Below the pieces are notes generated by a model, which was not told the origin of the DNA, ran no database searches, and saw only the letters and a list, made by a program, of their open reading frames with translations. A DNA stretch of 64,000 nucleotides from Candidatus Omnitrophota bacterium (lineage in GTDB: Bacteria; Omnitrophota; Gorgyraeia; Zapsychrales; Zapsychraceae): assembly GCA_028280285.1 (NCBI GenBank), contig JANQMA010000032.1:17091-81090 (forward strand), read 5' to 3'. Shown here piece after piece: positions 27,247-37,060 of this stretch (positions within the stretch are counted from its first letter, which is position 1; each line of letters opens with the position of its first letter). A program made the translations under genes and the position numbers.

Positions 27247-27261
27247 AATAACATAGGTCTC

Positions 27262-27320
27262 TTAGGTTTTAGGTGTTGGATTTTAGCAAACTAACACTTA
27301 GCACCTAACACCCAAAACCT
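27262..27320. repeat. Periodic palindrome, 7-nt unit (AGGTGTT family)
   Basis: ttaggttt taggtgt tggattt tagcaaac taacact tagcacc taacacc caaaacct. Confidence 0.75.
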
Positions 27321-28328
27321 TTACAAAATAAGCATCGCATCGCCATAACTGTAAAAACGATACTTCTTCCTTTTTGCCTCTGCGTACGCCTTCATCATCA
27401 AATCACGCCCGGCAAAGGCGCTGACCAGCATCAACAGCGTTGAGCGCGGCAGATGAAAATTGGTAATCAAATGATCGACCATCTTAAAGGAAAAACCGGG
27501 ATAAATAAAGATGTTTGTTGCGCCCTTAAGTTTCCCGGTCTTCGTCACCGCCTCAAGCGTACGACAACTGGTCGTGCCGACAGCGACAACAGGCCTCCCC
27601 TTATCTTTCGCCTTGCAAAGGCGCGCATGCACAGCCTTGGTCATTGCATAACTTTCCGTATGCATCGGATGTTTGGTGATATCCTCGACTTCCACCGGTT
27701 TAAATGTTCCATAATTGACATGCAGTGTCACTTGATTAAAGTGATGTCCGGATTTCTCAAGTCTACCAATCAAACCCTTAGTAAAATGTAGCCCCGCCGT
27801 CGGTGCGGCTACCGACCCATCCTTTTTCGCATACACAGTTTGATAATCTTTTTTATCCGACGGCCGGTCTTCTCTTTTAATATAAGGCGGCAGCGGCATA
27901 TGCCCAATTTTCGAAAGATCGTCACTTATATTCTTCTTGTTAAACCGCACAATACGTTTGTCACGATCAATGATTCTAGCTTTCAAACTACTCTTATCAA
28001 AGACAACTGCGTCACCTTCTTTGAGGCGCTTAAGTGGACGCAGTAGTGTCTCGTAGGTATAATCACTTAACTTCTTGATCAAAAATATTTCAATCTTCGC
28101 GCCCGTTGACGTTTTGCTACCGAGTAACCGCGCCGCAACAACTTTGCTATTATTGCACACGATCTCGCTTTGTTTGGGAAGATATTCACCGATATTGGCA
28201 AAAGTGTCATGTGTCAACTTTTGCGTTGTGCGGTCAATAACAAGTAGTTTGGCCTGATCGCGCTTTTTAAGCGGCGCCTGCGCGATCAAAGATGCGGGCA
28301 GCACATAATCAAAATCTTTTAATTTCAT
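27321..28328 (-). CDS. queA: S-adenosylmethionine:tRNA ribosyltransferase-isomerase
   Basis: FDYVLP, PLPPYI, YQTVYA, AAPTAGLHF, TNFHLP, FYSYGDAM. Confidence 0.97.
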   Translation of the reverse strand: MKLKDFDYVLPASLIAQAPLKKRDQAKLLVIDRTTQKLTHDTFANIGEYLPKQSEIVCNNSKVVAARLLGSKTSTGAKIEIFLIKKLSDYTYETLLRPLKRLKEGDAVVFDKSSLKARIIDRDKRIVRFNKKNISDDLSKIGHMPLPPYIKREDRPSDKKDYQTVYAKKDGSVAAPTAGLHFTKGLIGRLEKSGHHFNQVTLHVNYGTFKPVEVEDITKHPMHTESYAMTKAVHARLCKAKDKGRPVVAVGTTSCRTLEAVTKTGKLKGATNIFIYPGFSFKMVDHLITNFHLPRSTLLMLVSAFAGRDLMMKAYAEAKRKKYRFYSYGDAMLIL

Positions 28329-29470
28329 AAACGTACGAGCTCTGCCCCGGGATAATAATAACTTAAAATTTCTTTGTATTTGCGCCGCTCGCTCGCCATT
28401 TTATGCGCACCCCATTGGCACATCCCAACACCATGCCCCCAGCCGTGGCCTTTTAAGTCAAAAAAGTAACCCTTCATTGTGATGTCATACATATTACTGC
28501 GGATTAAATTCGGTCCGATGATATCTCTAAAATTTTTACCCGTAATATTTTTTTTCTTCCCATCACGCGTCGTTATTTGCAAATATTTAACGCGACCACT
28601 TTTGGTTCTACTTAAAATCTTAATCTCCTTAATCAAGCCCAACTTATACCCATTGGCATTGAGCTTTTTTTGCACATCACTGGAGCGAAAATTCTTCTTC
28701 CAATTATATCCGGGCTGACCGATCGAATATTCCGATTTGACTCCGTACAAAGGCGCAAGATCATGCTTCCACAATTCCCTCACATCCTCCGTATGTCCGC
28801 CGGAATTAGAATGAAAATAGGCTGGTAGGACTTTTCCCTTATATATAAGATACTCTCCCTTTGTTCTTTTCGCGGCCAGATTGGTGCGATAGCGCTCAGC
28901 ACTCTTACCTCCATAGACTTGCGAATAAATATCACTCGTCACATCGAATAGCATTTCGGCATTTTCCTGCATTTGGTATTTCGCATAAGTTCTCACCGCA
29001 ACAGCCTGCGCCTTCATCGCTTCCATCGGCCATTCATCGGTGATCTCATGATACAAAACACCACGCACATACTTCTCCAAGTCCAAAATATTGATCACAT
29101 GAAACTTGCCTGGCTTGGTCACGATCAGATCAACAATACCGCGGTATTTAATCGATTTTCCGGTATTACCGACATAAAAATACTTGCGCGGAATAATACG
29201 CAAATGTTGTTGAGAATAAACATTGTCCCCGACTTTATATCCCTCAGCCGTTCTTTTGATCGTTACACCTTTGAGCGATCTTTTCTCGGCAATGATTTGA
29301 TTGGTTTTACCATCAACAATTCTGTATTTGCTTTTAATCGCCAGTTTCAAATGATCCGTATCCTTGATAAGCGCAATGCGGATATGGTCGTCAGCAGCAT
29401 TGGCATTTTGCACAAATACACACCCGAGCACAACAGCACATATCAGTGCTATAAATTTTAATACACGCAT
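28325..29470 (-). CDS. SpoIID/LytB domain peptidoglycan lytic enzyme
   Basis: Signal peptide; LEKYVRGV..E, EAMKAQAVAVRTYA, QVYGG, GWGHGVGMCQWGA. Confidence 0.92.
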   Translation of the reverse strand: MRVLKFIALICAVVLGCVFVQNANAADDHIRIALIKDTDHLKLAIKSKYRIVDGKTNQIIAEKRSLKGVTIKRTAEGYKVGDNVYSQQHLRIIPRKYFYVGNTGKSIKYRGIVDLIVTKPGKFHVINILDLEKYVRGVLYHEITDEWPMEAMKAQAVAVRTYAKYQMQENAEMLFDVTSDIYSQVYGGKSAERYRTNLAAKRTKGEYLIYKGKVLPAYFHSNSGGHTEDVRELWKHDLAPLYGVKSEYSIGQPGYNWKKNFRSSDVQKKLNANGYKLGLIKEIKILSRTKSGRVKYLQITTRDGKKKNITGKNFRDIIGPNLIRSNMYDITMKGYFFDLKGHGWGHGVGMCQWGAHKMASERRKYKEILSYYYPGAELVRL

Positions 29471-29679
29471 TATTTCCATAATTTAACAATAAGACTAAAC
29501 AGAAGACTTAAAAGCAAACACGTGGTTAAAGGAAAATAAAATGAGAAGTTTTCTTTTTTGATGGCAATATCCCCGGGGAGCTTGCCGAGCCAGGGAATTT
29601 TAGGAAAGAAACTCACAATAAGACCTACAACAATCAAAGCACATCCGATCAATATAAGTATTTTGCCAACACCAGTCAT
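29470..29679 (-). CDS. DUF2905 family small membrane protein
   Basis: WLGKLPGDI...NFSFYFPLTTCLLLS. Confidence 0.9.
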   Translation of the reverse strand: MTGVGKILILIGCALIVVGLIVSFFPKIPWLGKLPGDIAIKKENFSFYFPLTTCLLLSLLFSLIVKLWK

Positions 29680-29681
29680 AA

Positions 29682-30710
29682 TTAAACATTCAACATTGTT
29701 GTTTCGATATGTTTTTTCGCTTCATCCGACAGCATACGCCCGCGCTGCGTGCGTTTCATAAATCCAATCTTAAGCAAGTACGGCTCAACCACATCAATGA
29801 GCGTATCACTCTCTTCATTGAGCGTCGCCGCAAGCGCCTCAATACCCACAGGTCCACCCTCATAATGCTCATACATCAGTTTAATCAGCCTGCGGTCGGC
29901 GGCATCAAGCCCATAGATATCGACTTTAAGCTGCTCAAGGGCGCGACCGGCCACATCCTTTGTAATAGTGTCACCTTCCCCTTTAACTTGGAGATAATCC
30001 CGGACACGCCTCAGCAAACGGTTGGTAATCCGCGGCGTACCGCGTGAACGTCGGGCAATCTCCATCGCCGCCTCTTGATCAATATCAATGCTTAACTTTT
30101 TGGCTGAGCTTTTAAGTATTTGCGCGAGATCCTCCGGTTCATAAAATTCCAGATGATGATAAATCCCGAACCGGTCTCTTAAGGGAGAAGCTAGTAGACC
30201 GCTGCGTGTTGTGGCACCAATGAGAGTAAAGGGTTTCAGATTAAAATTGATTGTCTTGGCCGTCGGTCCTTTATCGACCACAAAATCGATTTTAAACTGC
30301 TCCATCGCAGGATACAAAAACTCTTCAACCACTTTTGACAGGCGGTGAATCTCATCGATAAATAACACATCGCCCGCTTCTAAACTGGTCAGAATGCCCA
30401 CTAAGTCCCCTGCCCGATCAATCGCAGGTCCAGATGTCACCACAATGTGTGCGCCCATTTCATGGGCCACAATATTAGCCAATGAAGTCTTACCCAACCC
30501 GGGAGGTCCTGAGAATAAAACATGCTCGAGCGGCTCTTTGCGTTTTTTAGCGGCTTGAATACTAAGTTTTAAATTTTCAACAAGATCCTTCTGACCGACA
30601 AATTCCGAAACATCGGCGGGACGCAGGGAAAGGCTGTAGAGCTGGTCTTCTTCGGTTTCCTGAGTGAGGACAATCCGTTTGCGATCATCAGCGTGGGATG
30701 TGTTTTCCAT
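29682..30710 (-). CDS. ruvB: Holliday junction branch migration helicase RuvB
   Basis: LRP, GPPGLGKT, FIDEIHR, GATTR, RDRFG, SRGTPR. Confidence 0.97.
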   Translation of the reverse strand: MENTSHADDRKRIVLTQETEEDQLYSLSLRPADVSEFVGQKDLVENLKLSIQAAKKRKEPLEHVLFSGPPGLGKTSLANIVAHEMGAHIVVTSGPAIDRAGDLVGILTSLEAGDVLFIDEIHRLSKVVEEFLYPAMEQFKIDFVVDKGPTAKTINFNLKPFTLIGATTRSGLLASPLRDRFGIYHHLEFYEPEDLAQILKSSAKKLSIDIDQEAAMEIARRSRGTPRITNRLLRRVRDYLQVKGEGDTITKDVAGRALEQLKVDIYGLDAADRRLIKLMYEHYEGGPVGIEALAATLNEESDTLIDVVEPYLLKIGFMKRTQRGRMLSDEAKKHIETTMLNV

Positions 30711-30716
30711 AATTTT

Positions 30717-31511
30717 TTAGGAGGCTTGTTCATCAGCCGCTTTGTCATCAGACGTTTCATCGGACGCCGGGGCGTCTTCGGCTGGAGCCATACTCTTATT
30801 GCGAATCACTTCAATATCAGAAAAAGAACGTTTCTGTACAATTTTGATTTCCTGCAGGCGTATAAGCTCAAGCACGGCCAAAAATGTGACCACCGCCTCC
30901 ACTTTAGTGCGTGCGCGTTCAAAAACACGGTTCAAATTAAATGATTCGCTTTCAAGAAGCAGATGGCGGATTTCACGACGCTTATCTTCAACAGTGAATT
31001 CTTCCGTAATGATTTCATGTAATTGCTCTTCCGGTACCTTGCGGAGCGCCTCAGAAAAGGCTGTAATCAGATCAAAAAGATTCGCCTCAATATAAACTTC
31101 CTTGGCATCATCATGCAGACGTTTGCGTTCCTCCTCATCCACAACGCGTGGAAAATAATCCTTCATCGCTTGTTCTTTTTCTTGAAGCTCGCCGGCAATT
31201 TCTTTAAACCGTTTATATTCAAGCAAACGGCGCGCCAGTTCATCCCGCGGATCTTCCTCTTCTTCGCCTTCTTCCACAGGATCGGGCGGCAGGAGAATCT
31301 TTGATTTGATATGCATAAGGGTCGCGGCCATAACCAAAAAATCGCCAACAATATCAAGATCAAGCATCTTCATCATCTCGATGTACTGCATATACTGCTC
31401 AGTGATACTGACAATCGGAATGTCTTTGATATCAATATCATCTTTCTTGATAAGATATAAAAGCAGATCGAGCGGGCCTTCAAAAATGTCGAGTTTTAGT
31501 TTGTAATTCAT
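30717..31511 (-). CDS. scpA: Segregation and condensation protein A
   Basis: FEGPLDLLLYLI, FLVMAATL..IKS..LLP, TFLAVLEL. Confidence 0.94.
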   Translation of the reverse strand: MNYKLKLDIFEGPLDLLLYLIKKDDIDIKDIPIVSITEQYMQYIEMMKMLDLDIVGDFLVMAATLMHIKSKILLPPDPVEEGEEEEDPRDELARRLLEYKRFKEIAGELQEKEQAMKDYFPRVVDEEERKRLHDDAKEVYIEANLFDLITAFSEALRKVPEEQLHEIITEEFTVEDKRREIRHLLLESESFNLNRVFERARTKVEAVVTFLAVLELIRLQEIKIVQKRSFSDIEVIRNKSMAPAEDAPASDETSDDKAADEQAS

Positions 31512-31517
31512 TTTGTC

Positions 31518-31585
31518 GGGGCTTGGGCGTTAGGACCTGGGACTTGGTGTTCCTAAGTCCCAAGTCCTATGTTCTAAGTCCAAGC
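31518..31585. repeat. Periodic palindrome, 7-nt unit (GGGACTT / AAGTCCY)
   Basis: ggggctt gggcgtt aggacct gggactt gg tgtt cc taagtcc caagtcc tatgttc taagtcc aagc. Confidence 0.8.
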
Positions 31586-31606
31586 TTCTCTACTTTATTT
31601 TACCAT

Positions 31607-34012
31607 TTAAAGTTTCTGCGCTACCTTTTCGATCTCATAAACCTCAAACACATCGCCAATTTGATATTTATCAAAGTTTTCAATCGAAATACCGCATTCC
31701 ATGCCTTCTTTAACCTCTTTAACCTCTTCTTTAAAACGTTTAAGATTAGCAATTTTGCCTGAGAACACCACATCCCCTTCACGCATAACATCAATATGCG
31801 CTTTGCGTAAAACCTTGCCTTCCTCGACATAACACCCGGCAACGGTTCCCTGTTTGGATAATTTAAAAACTTCTTTGACCTGAACACGGCTTAAAAAGTT
31901 TTTATTAATCTTAGAATCAAGCATACCTTCGAGCGCATTTTTAACATCTTCGACCAGATCATAGATAATTGTGTACTCACGGATATCGATTGGATCTTTT
32001 TTCATCTCTTCCTGAGCACGCTGATCAATGCCGACATGAAACGCCAGGATAATCGCCTTGGAGGCTTGTGCCAGGACAACATCCGACGTATTAATTTCGC
32101 CAACGCCTGTATGGATAAACTTAAGACGGATTTTATCCGTTGGTAATTTATTAAGCGAATCGATAACGGCCTCAAGTGAGCCCTGCACATCAGATTTAAC
32201 AATAACATTGGCCTCTTGCACACCATCACCGAGCGACGAATAAAGATTTTCGAGTGTAATTTTCTCACCGCCGCGCAGCCGCTCTTCTTCCAGTTGTTTC
32301 ATCCTGCGCTGTGTAATTTCACGCGCGACCTTTTCATCTTCGACCGCGTAAAACAAATCGCCCGCCTCCGGCACATTGGATAGTCCGAGGATTTCAACCG
32401 GCATGGATGGGCCGGCCTCACTGACCTTTTGACCAAGATCATCAAGCATCGCACGGATCTTTCCATAATGTGGTCCGACGACAATAAAGTCACCTTCCTT
32501 AAGCGTTCCGCTTTGCACAATAATTGTTGTCAGCGCGCCCTTGCCTTGTGACAGATGCGCCTCAACAACAATACCCGAAGCTTGTTTATCGGGGTTGGCC
32601 TTAAGCTCAAGCAGCTCCGCTTCGAGTAGAATAAGCTCAAGGAGCTCATCAATCCCTTCACCGGTTTTTGCCGAAACATGCCCGCAAATTGTCTTGCCGC
32701 CCCAGTCTTCAGGTGCCAAATCATAGTCCATTAATTGCTGCTTAACACGGTCCGGATCAGCATTGGGTAGATCAATTTTATTAAGCGCAACAACAATCGG
32801 CACACCGGCAGCACGGGCATGATCAATCGCTTCAACCGTTTGCGGCTTGATCCCATCATCCGCCGCGACAACAAGAACAATGATATCTGTAATATGTGCC
32901 CCGCGTTTACGCATCGAGGTAAACGCCTCATGGCCTGGCGTATCTAAAAATGTAATACGCCCCTTGGTGGCTTTAACAGAGTAGGCACCGATATGCTGCG
33001 TAATGCCTCCGTGCTCAACATCCGTAACTTTACTTTTGCGTACACTATCAAGAAGTGAAGTCTTACCATGATCAACATGCCCCATAAAAGTAATCACTGG
33101 TGCACGCGGTTTAAGTGATTTAGGATCTTCTTCCTCTTCTTTATGTTCCTCAATAACCTGTTCTTCTTGTGTTTTGAGTTTGACATAATTAAAACCAAAG
33201 GCGGCCGCAATTTTACCGACGATCTCGCCATCAAGCGGTTGATTGATATGCGCTAAAATACCCATTTTCATGAGTTCCTTTAGGATAGCGCTCGGTTTTT
33301 GCGACAGACGCAGCCCTAAATCCTTAACAATAATCGGCACTTTGATTTCAAGATCCTGCAGGTCTTCGAGATTAATTGGCTTGTTGGCTTGTTCTTCGGC
33401 ATGCTCAGCAACGAGCTGTTGAAGCTCAGCCTGGGCTTTGGCCTTTTTATCTTCTTTATCGGCCTTACGCTTCTTGCGTCCAATCGGTTTGAGTGTAATA
33501 AGTGGCGCTTTGGTCTTCTTGACTTGTGGTTTAGCCGTAGGCGCTACTTCTTTTTTAACCTCTTTTGATTTAGTTTTGGCAGTATCATCGGTCTTTTTGA
33601 CAACTTTCTTTTTAATAACCTTTTTAACAACCTTCTTAACAACTTTTTTGACGACACGTTTAGTTTTAGGCGCATCCGTCTTCTCTTCCGTTTTGGCCGC
33701 TGCCTTTTTCTTTGTCGCCTTTACGGCTGTCTTGGTTGCTTTTTTTGCCGCCTTAGGCTCGGCCACTTTTTTTGTTGCTTTGGCAGCGGAGACCTTTTTA
33801 GTCGTCTTCGCAGCAGCTTTCTTTTTCGTCGCTTTAGCCGGCTCAGCCTTTTCTTCTGCATCATCACGACCGAAATGACTGCGGACAATCGAGACAACAA
33901 CCGGGCTTATCGCCTGCGCATCATCCTTAACCTTTAGTTTAAGCGATTTCATCGCCTTGACGATTGCGTCAGTCGACATATTTAATTCTTTAGCTAACTC
34001 TGAAACTTTCAT
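31607..34012 (-). CDS. infB: Translation initiation factor IF-2
   Basis: [27 protein letters not shown]; Lys/Ala-rich N-terminal linker. Confidence 0.97.
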   Translation of the reverse strand: MKVSELAKELNMSTDAIVKAMKSLKLKVKDDAQAISPVVVSIVRSHFGRDDAEEKAEPAKATKKKAAAKTTKKVSAAKATKKVAEPKAAKKATKTAVKATKKKAAAKTEEKTDAPKTKRVVKKVVKKVVKKVIKKKVVKKTDDTAKTKSKEVKKEVAPTAKPQVKKTKAPLITLKPIGRKKRKADKEDKKAKAQAELQQLVAEHAEEQANKPINLEDLQDLEIKVPIIVKDLGLRLSQKPSAILKELMKMGILAHINQPLDGEIVGKIAAAFGFNYVKLKTQEEQVIEEHKEEEEDPKSLKPRAPVITFMGHVDHGKTSLLDSVRKSKVTDVEHGGITQHIGAYSVKATKGRITFLDTPGHEAFTSMRKRGAHITDIIVLVVAADDGIKPQTVEAIDHARAAGVPIVVALNKIDLPNADPDRVKQQLMDYDLAPEDWGGKTICGHVSAKTGEGIDELLELILLEAELLELKANPDKQASGIVVEAHLSQGKGALTTIIVQSGTLKEGDFIVVGPHYGKIRAMLDDLGQKVSEAGPSMPVEILGLSNVPEAGDLFYAVEDEKVAREITQRRMKQLEEERLRGGEKITLENLYSSLGDGVQEANVIVKSDVQGSLEAVIDSLNKLPTDKIRLKFIHTGVGEINTSDVVLAQASKAIILAFHVGIDQRAQEEMKKDPIDIREYTIIYDLVEDVKNALEGMLDSKINKNFLSRVQVKEVFKLSKQGTVAGCYVEEGKVLRKAHIDVMREGDVVFSGKIANLKRFKEEVKEVKEGMECGISIENFDKYQIGDVFEVYEIEKVAQKL

Positions 34013-34032
34013 AAACTTACATTACTCCTTGC

Positions 34033-35292
34033 CTATTCAAAAAAGGATTTCGCCTCTTCGATTAATTTTTCGGCCTTGGCTTTACCTAGACCCTTAACAA
34101 CCGTCAACTCGTCGATTGTCGCATCGGCCACTTTTTCGAGACTATCAAATCCCGCCTCCTTTAAGGCTTCAAGCATTTTAGCCCCTACGCCAGAAAGGTC
34201 TGCAATGGTCGCATCCTCCTCGACCTCTTCGATTTCTTCAACCTCTTCTTCGACTTCTACTTCCTCTGCCGCACTGTCAGCGGTTTCAACCGCCCCTTTA
34301 GCCTCCGTAGCCGCTTCTGTATCTTGCTCTTCTTGCTCTTCAAGCTCATTCCATTGATCGAATGAATATAAATCAAGTTCCCAGCCGACTAATTCACTGG
34401 CCAAACGCACATTTTGCCCATGGCGTCCAATGGCAAGTGACAACTGATCATTAGCCACAATGATATTTACTTTCTTAGTGTCATAATCAAGTTGCATCTG
34501 TGAAATCTCCGCCGGAGAAAGAGCTGCTTGAATATACTCTTTAATATCTTCCGAATAACGGACAATATCTATTTTCTCACCATGCAATTCATTGACAATA
34601 TTTTTAACGCGCGACCCACGCATACCCACACAAGCGCCAACACTGTCGATCTTTTCATCTTTAGAAAATACCGCGATCTTTGTGCGTTCGCCAACGTCAC
34701 GGGAAATGGATTTAATCTCAACAATTCCCTCGTAGATTTCCGGAACTTCAAGCTCAAATAAACGCTTAACAAAATTCGGATTCGACCGCGAAAGAATAAT
34801 CTGCGGTCCGCGGTTTTCACGGTTCACATCCAGAATATAGGCACGGATACGATCCCCTTGGCGGAACTCTTCTTTTTTGGATTGTTCACGTCTGGGAATA
34901 ATCGCCTCGGTTTTACCCAAATCCATAATTATATTACCACGTTCAAAACGGTAAATACTACCACTAATCATCTCACCGATTCTGGCCTGGTATTCTGTGT
35001 AGACAACATCCTTTTCCGCTTCGCGGATTTTCTGGATGACCACTTGCTTGGCTGTTTGGGCCGCAATCCGTCCAAATTCACTGGAACGAATTTCTTCCTC
35101 ACCGGCATAAGCGGTAATTTTTCCGGAAATCGGGTCAAGCTCTGCGTGAATATCTTCTTCTTTATCAACAGTCCACAGCTTACGTGCCGCAGAGGCAACC
35201 GCCGCTTCCACCGCTTCTATTAAAACCTTCTTATCAATCCCCTTGTCACGCTCTAATTGCTCGAGGATTGTCAATAATTCACTACTCTCCAT
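34033..35292 (-). CDS. nusA: Transcription elongation factor NusA
   Basis: FGRIAAQTAKQ, S1 and KH domains, GACVGMRGSR, AIGRHGQNVRLA; C-terminal HhH. Confidence 0.97.
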   Translation of the reverse strand: MESSELLTILEQLERDKGIDKKVLIEAVEAAVASAARKLWTVDKEEDIHAELDPISGKITAYAGEEEIRSSEFGRIAAQTAKQVVIQKIREAEKDVVYTEYQARIGEMISGSIYRFERGNIIMDLGKTEAIIPRREQSKKEEFRQGDRIRAYILDVNRENRGPQIILSRSNPNFVKRLFELEVPEIYEGIVEIKSISRDVGERTKIAVFSKDEKIDSVGACVGMRGSRVKNIVNELHGEKIDIVRYSEDIKEYIQAALSPAEISQMQLDYDTKKVNIIVANDQLSLAIGRHGQNVRLASELVGWELDLYSFDQWNELEEQEEQDTEAATEAKGAVETADSAAEEVEVEEEVEEIEEVEEDATIADLSGVGAKMLEALKEAGFDSLEKVADATIDELTVVKGLGKAKAEKLIEEAKSFFE

Positions 35293-35309
35293 TTTTTTCC
35301 CTTCCTTTG

Positions 35310-35765
35310 TTAAATAATCTGTATAGCCTTGTTAATTTGGCCGTATAAAATTTTAATAACTTCTTTTTTGGTTTTGACCATCACGCCATCGCTGGTGATA
35401 TCTTGTACAATACCTTGATGCTCAATTTTACCGTCAATTTTTTCCTTCAAATGAAAACGGATTTCACGCTTGGCGGCCCGTTTAAAATCTTTTTCATTGG
35501 TTAAAGGCCTGTCAAGTCCGGGGGATGATACCTCAACGATATAATCATCTTTAATGAGGTCTTGCTTCTCCAACTCATCCGACAGCTTACGATTAAGCTC
35601 TGTGCATTCATCAATCGTTATACCGCCTTCGGGATGATCAGCAATAACATCAATGATGAGCGCCATACCACGTCTATTTAAATTTAAATCGACGAGATCG
35701 AGTTTAACTTGCTCAGCAATCGACTCAGCAATAGCCTTTATTGTTTCTAAAAGATCAGCTTTCAT
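35310..35765 (-). CDS. rimP: Ribosome maturation factor RimP
   Basis: GGITIDEC, EVSSPGLDRPL; start moved to ATG 35765. Confidence 0.92.
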   Translation of the reverse strand: MKADLLETIKAIAESIAEQVKLDLVDLNLNRRGMALIIDVIADHPEGGITIDECTELNRKLSDELEKQDLIKDDYIVEVSSPGLDRPLTNEKDFKRAAKREIRFHLKEKIDGKIEHQGIVQDITSDGVMVKTKKEVIKILYGQINKAIQII

Positions 35766-35821
35766 TCTATGAGTATTTAATTTACACGACCATAAGGAAG
35801 TGTAAATTAGAAATACGAATT

Positions 35822-35862
35822 GATCCCGAGCCGCCTTCACTAACTGTCTGCGGCGAGGGACC
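35822..35862. repeat. REP-like hairpin (ATCCCGAGC...GCGAGGGAC) immediately after the proS stop
   Basis: gatccc ga gccgc cttcactaactgtct gcggc ga gggacc. Confidence 0.6.
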
Positions 35863-35863
35863 T

Positions 35864-37060
35864 TTATTTGATAAAATCAACCACCTTGTCGGTATCAACC
35901 AATTGACTTTCACCGCTACGGCGTGTCTTAATTTCCACCTTACCCTCTTTCAAGTTACGATGACCGGCAACAACTTGATAAGGAATACCGATTAAATCCG
36001 CATCATTAAATTTTCGCCCCGGCCTTTCAAGACGATCATCCACTAACACATCTAAGTCCTGAGCACCGAGATCATTTTGTATTTTCTTAACCGCATTCAA
36101 TACTTCCGTGTCATTGTCATTTTTATGCAAAGATAAAACCTCAACATCAAATGGCGCAACCTCATCAGGCCAGATAATCCCTTTACCATCATTGTTCTTC
36201 TCGACTATGGCTGCAATAACCCGGCTCACGCCAATACCGTAGCAACCCATGATAATCGGTTTGGACGCACCGTTTTCATCCAAAAAGACAGCACCCTGCG
36301 CCTCGCTGTATTTTGTACCCAATTGAAAGATATGTCCGAGCTCAATGGCAACTTTTTCTTTCCTGTTGCCGTTTTCTTCAACCGTTACTTTATCTTCGCC
36401 AATCTCCGCTGGGACCATAAACTCATGAGAAAGATCTCCTCCCATCGCCCCTGAATCGGCTTCAACGGCAATCGCCTCAACCCCACAACGCCTAAAAGTA
36501 TTTTCATAAGCGGTATACATCTTATCGTAATTTTTCTGCATCCCTTCTTTATCCACATCAAAACTGTACGCATCTTTCATAATAAATTCACACGCGCGCA
36601 CAATACCAAAACGTGGCCTCAGTTCATCACGAAACTTAGTTTGAATTTGATACAGGGTAACCGGTAGTTGCTTATACGACTGCACATATTTGCTCACAAG
36701 ATCAGTAATGACTTCCTCATGGGTTGGACCCAAACACATTTCTTTACCCTTACCATCATTAAACTTAAACATAACATCATCCAGCACCTCATCGCGGCCT
36801 GTTTGCTTCCACAATTCAATCGGATGCAGGCTTGGCAATAAAAGCTCATTAGCGCCTGCCCCATTCATCTCTTCACGGATAATATTTTCAATATTCGACA
36901 ACACCTTAAGACCCAAAGGCAAATACGAATAGACCCCTGAGGTCAACATATTAACCAGCCCGGCGCGCGCTAAAAGCTTGTGGCTAAGCGCTTCACAATC
37001 GGCCGGGGCATCCTTGAGCGTCGGGATAAAATATTCACTCCATTTAGTTACATTACCCAC
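35864..37060 (-). CDS. proS: Proline--tRNA ligase, short form without the INS editing domain
   Basis: SHKLLARAG, LGPTHEE, QIQTKFRDE.RPRFG, GHIFQLGTKYS, MGCYGIG; GTG start at 37060 behind GGAGG. Confidence 0.93.
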   Translation of the reverse strand: MGNVTKWSEYFIPTLKDAPADCEALSHKLLARAGLVNMLTSGVYSYLPLGLKVLSNIENIIREEMNGAGANELLLPSLHPIELWKQTGRDEVLDDVMFKFNDGKGKEMCLGPTHEEVITDLVSKYVQSYKQLPVTLYQIQTKFRDELRPRFGIVRACEFIMKDAYSFDVDKEGMQKNYDKMYTAYENTFRRCGVEAIAVEADSGAMGGDLSHEFMVPAEIGEDKVTVEENGNRKEKVAIELGHIFQLGTKYSEAQGAVFLDENGASKPIIMGCYGIGVSRVIAAIVEKNNDGKGIIWPDEVAPFDVEVLSLHKNDNDTEVLNAVKKIQNDLGAQDLDVLVDDRLERPGRKFNDADLIGIPYQVVAGHRNLKEGKVEIKTRRSGESQLVDTDKVVDFIK

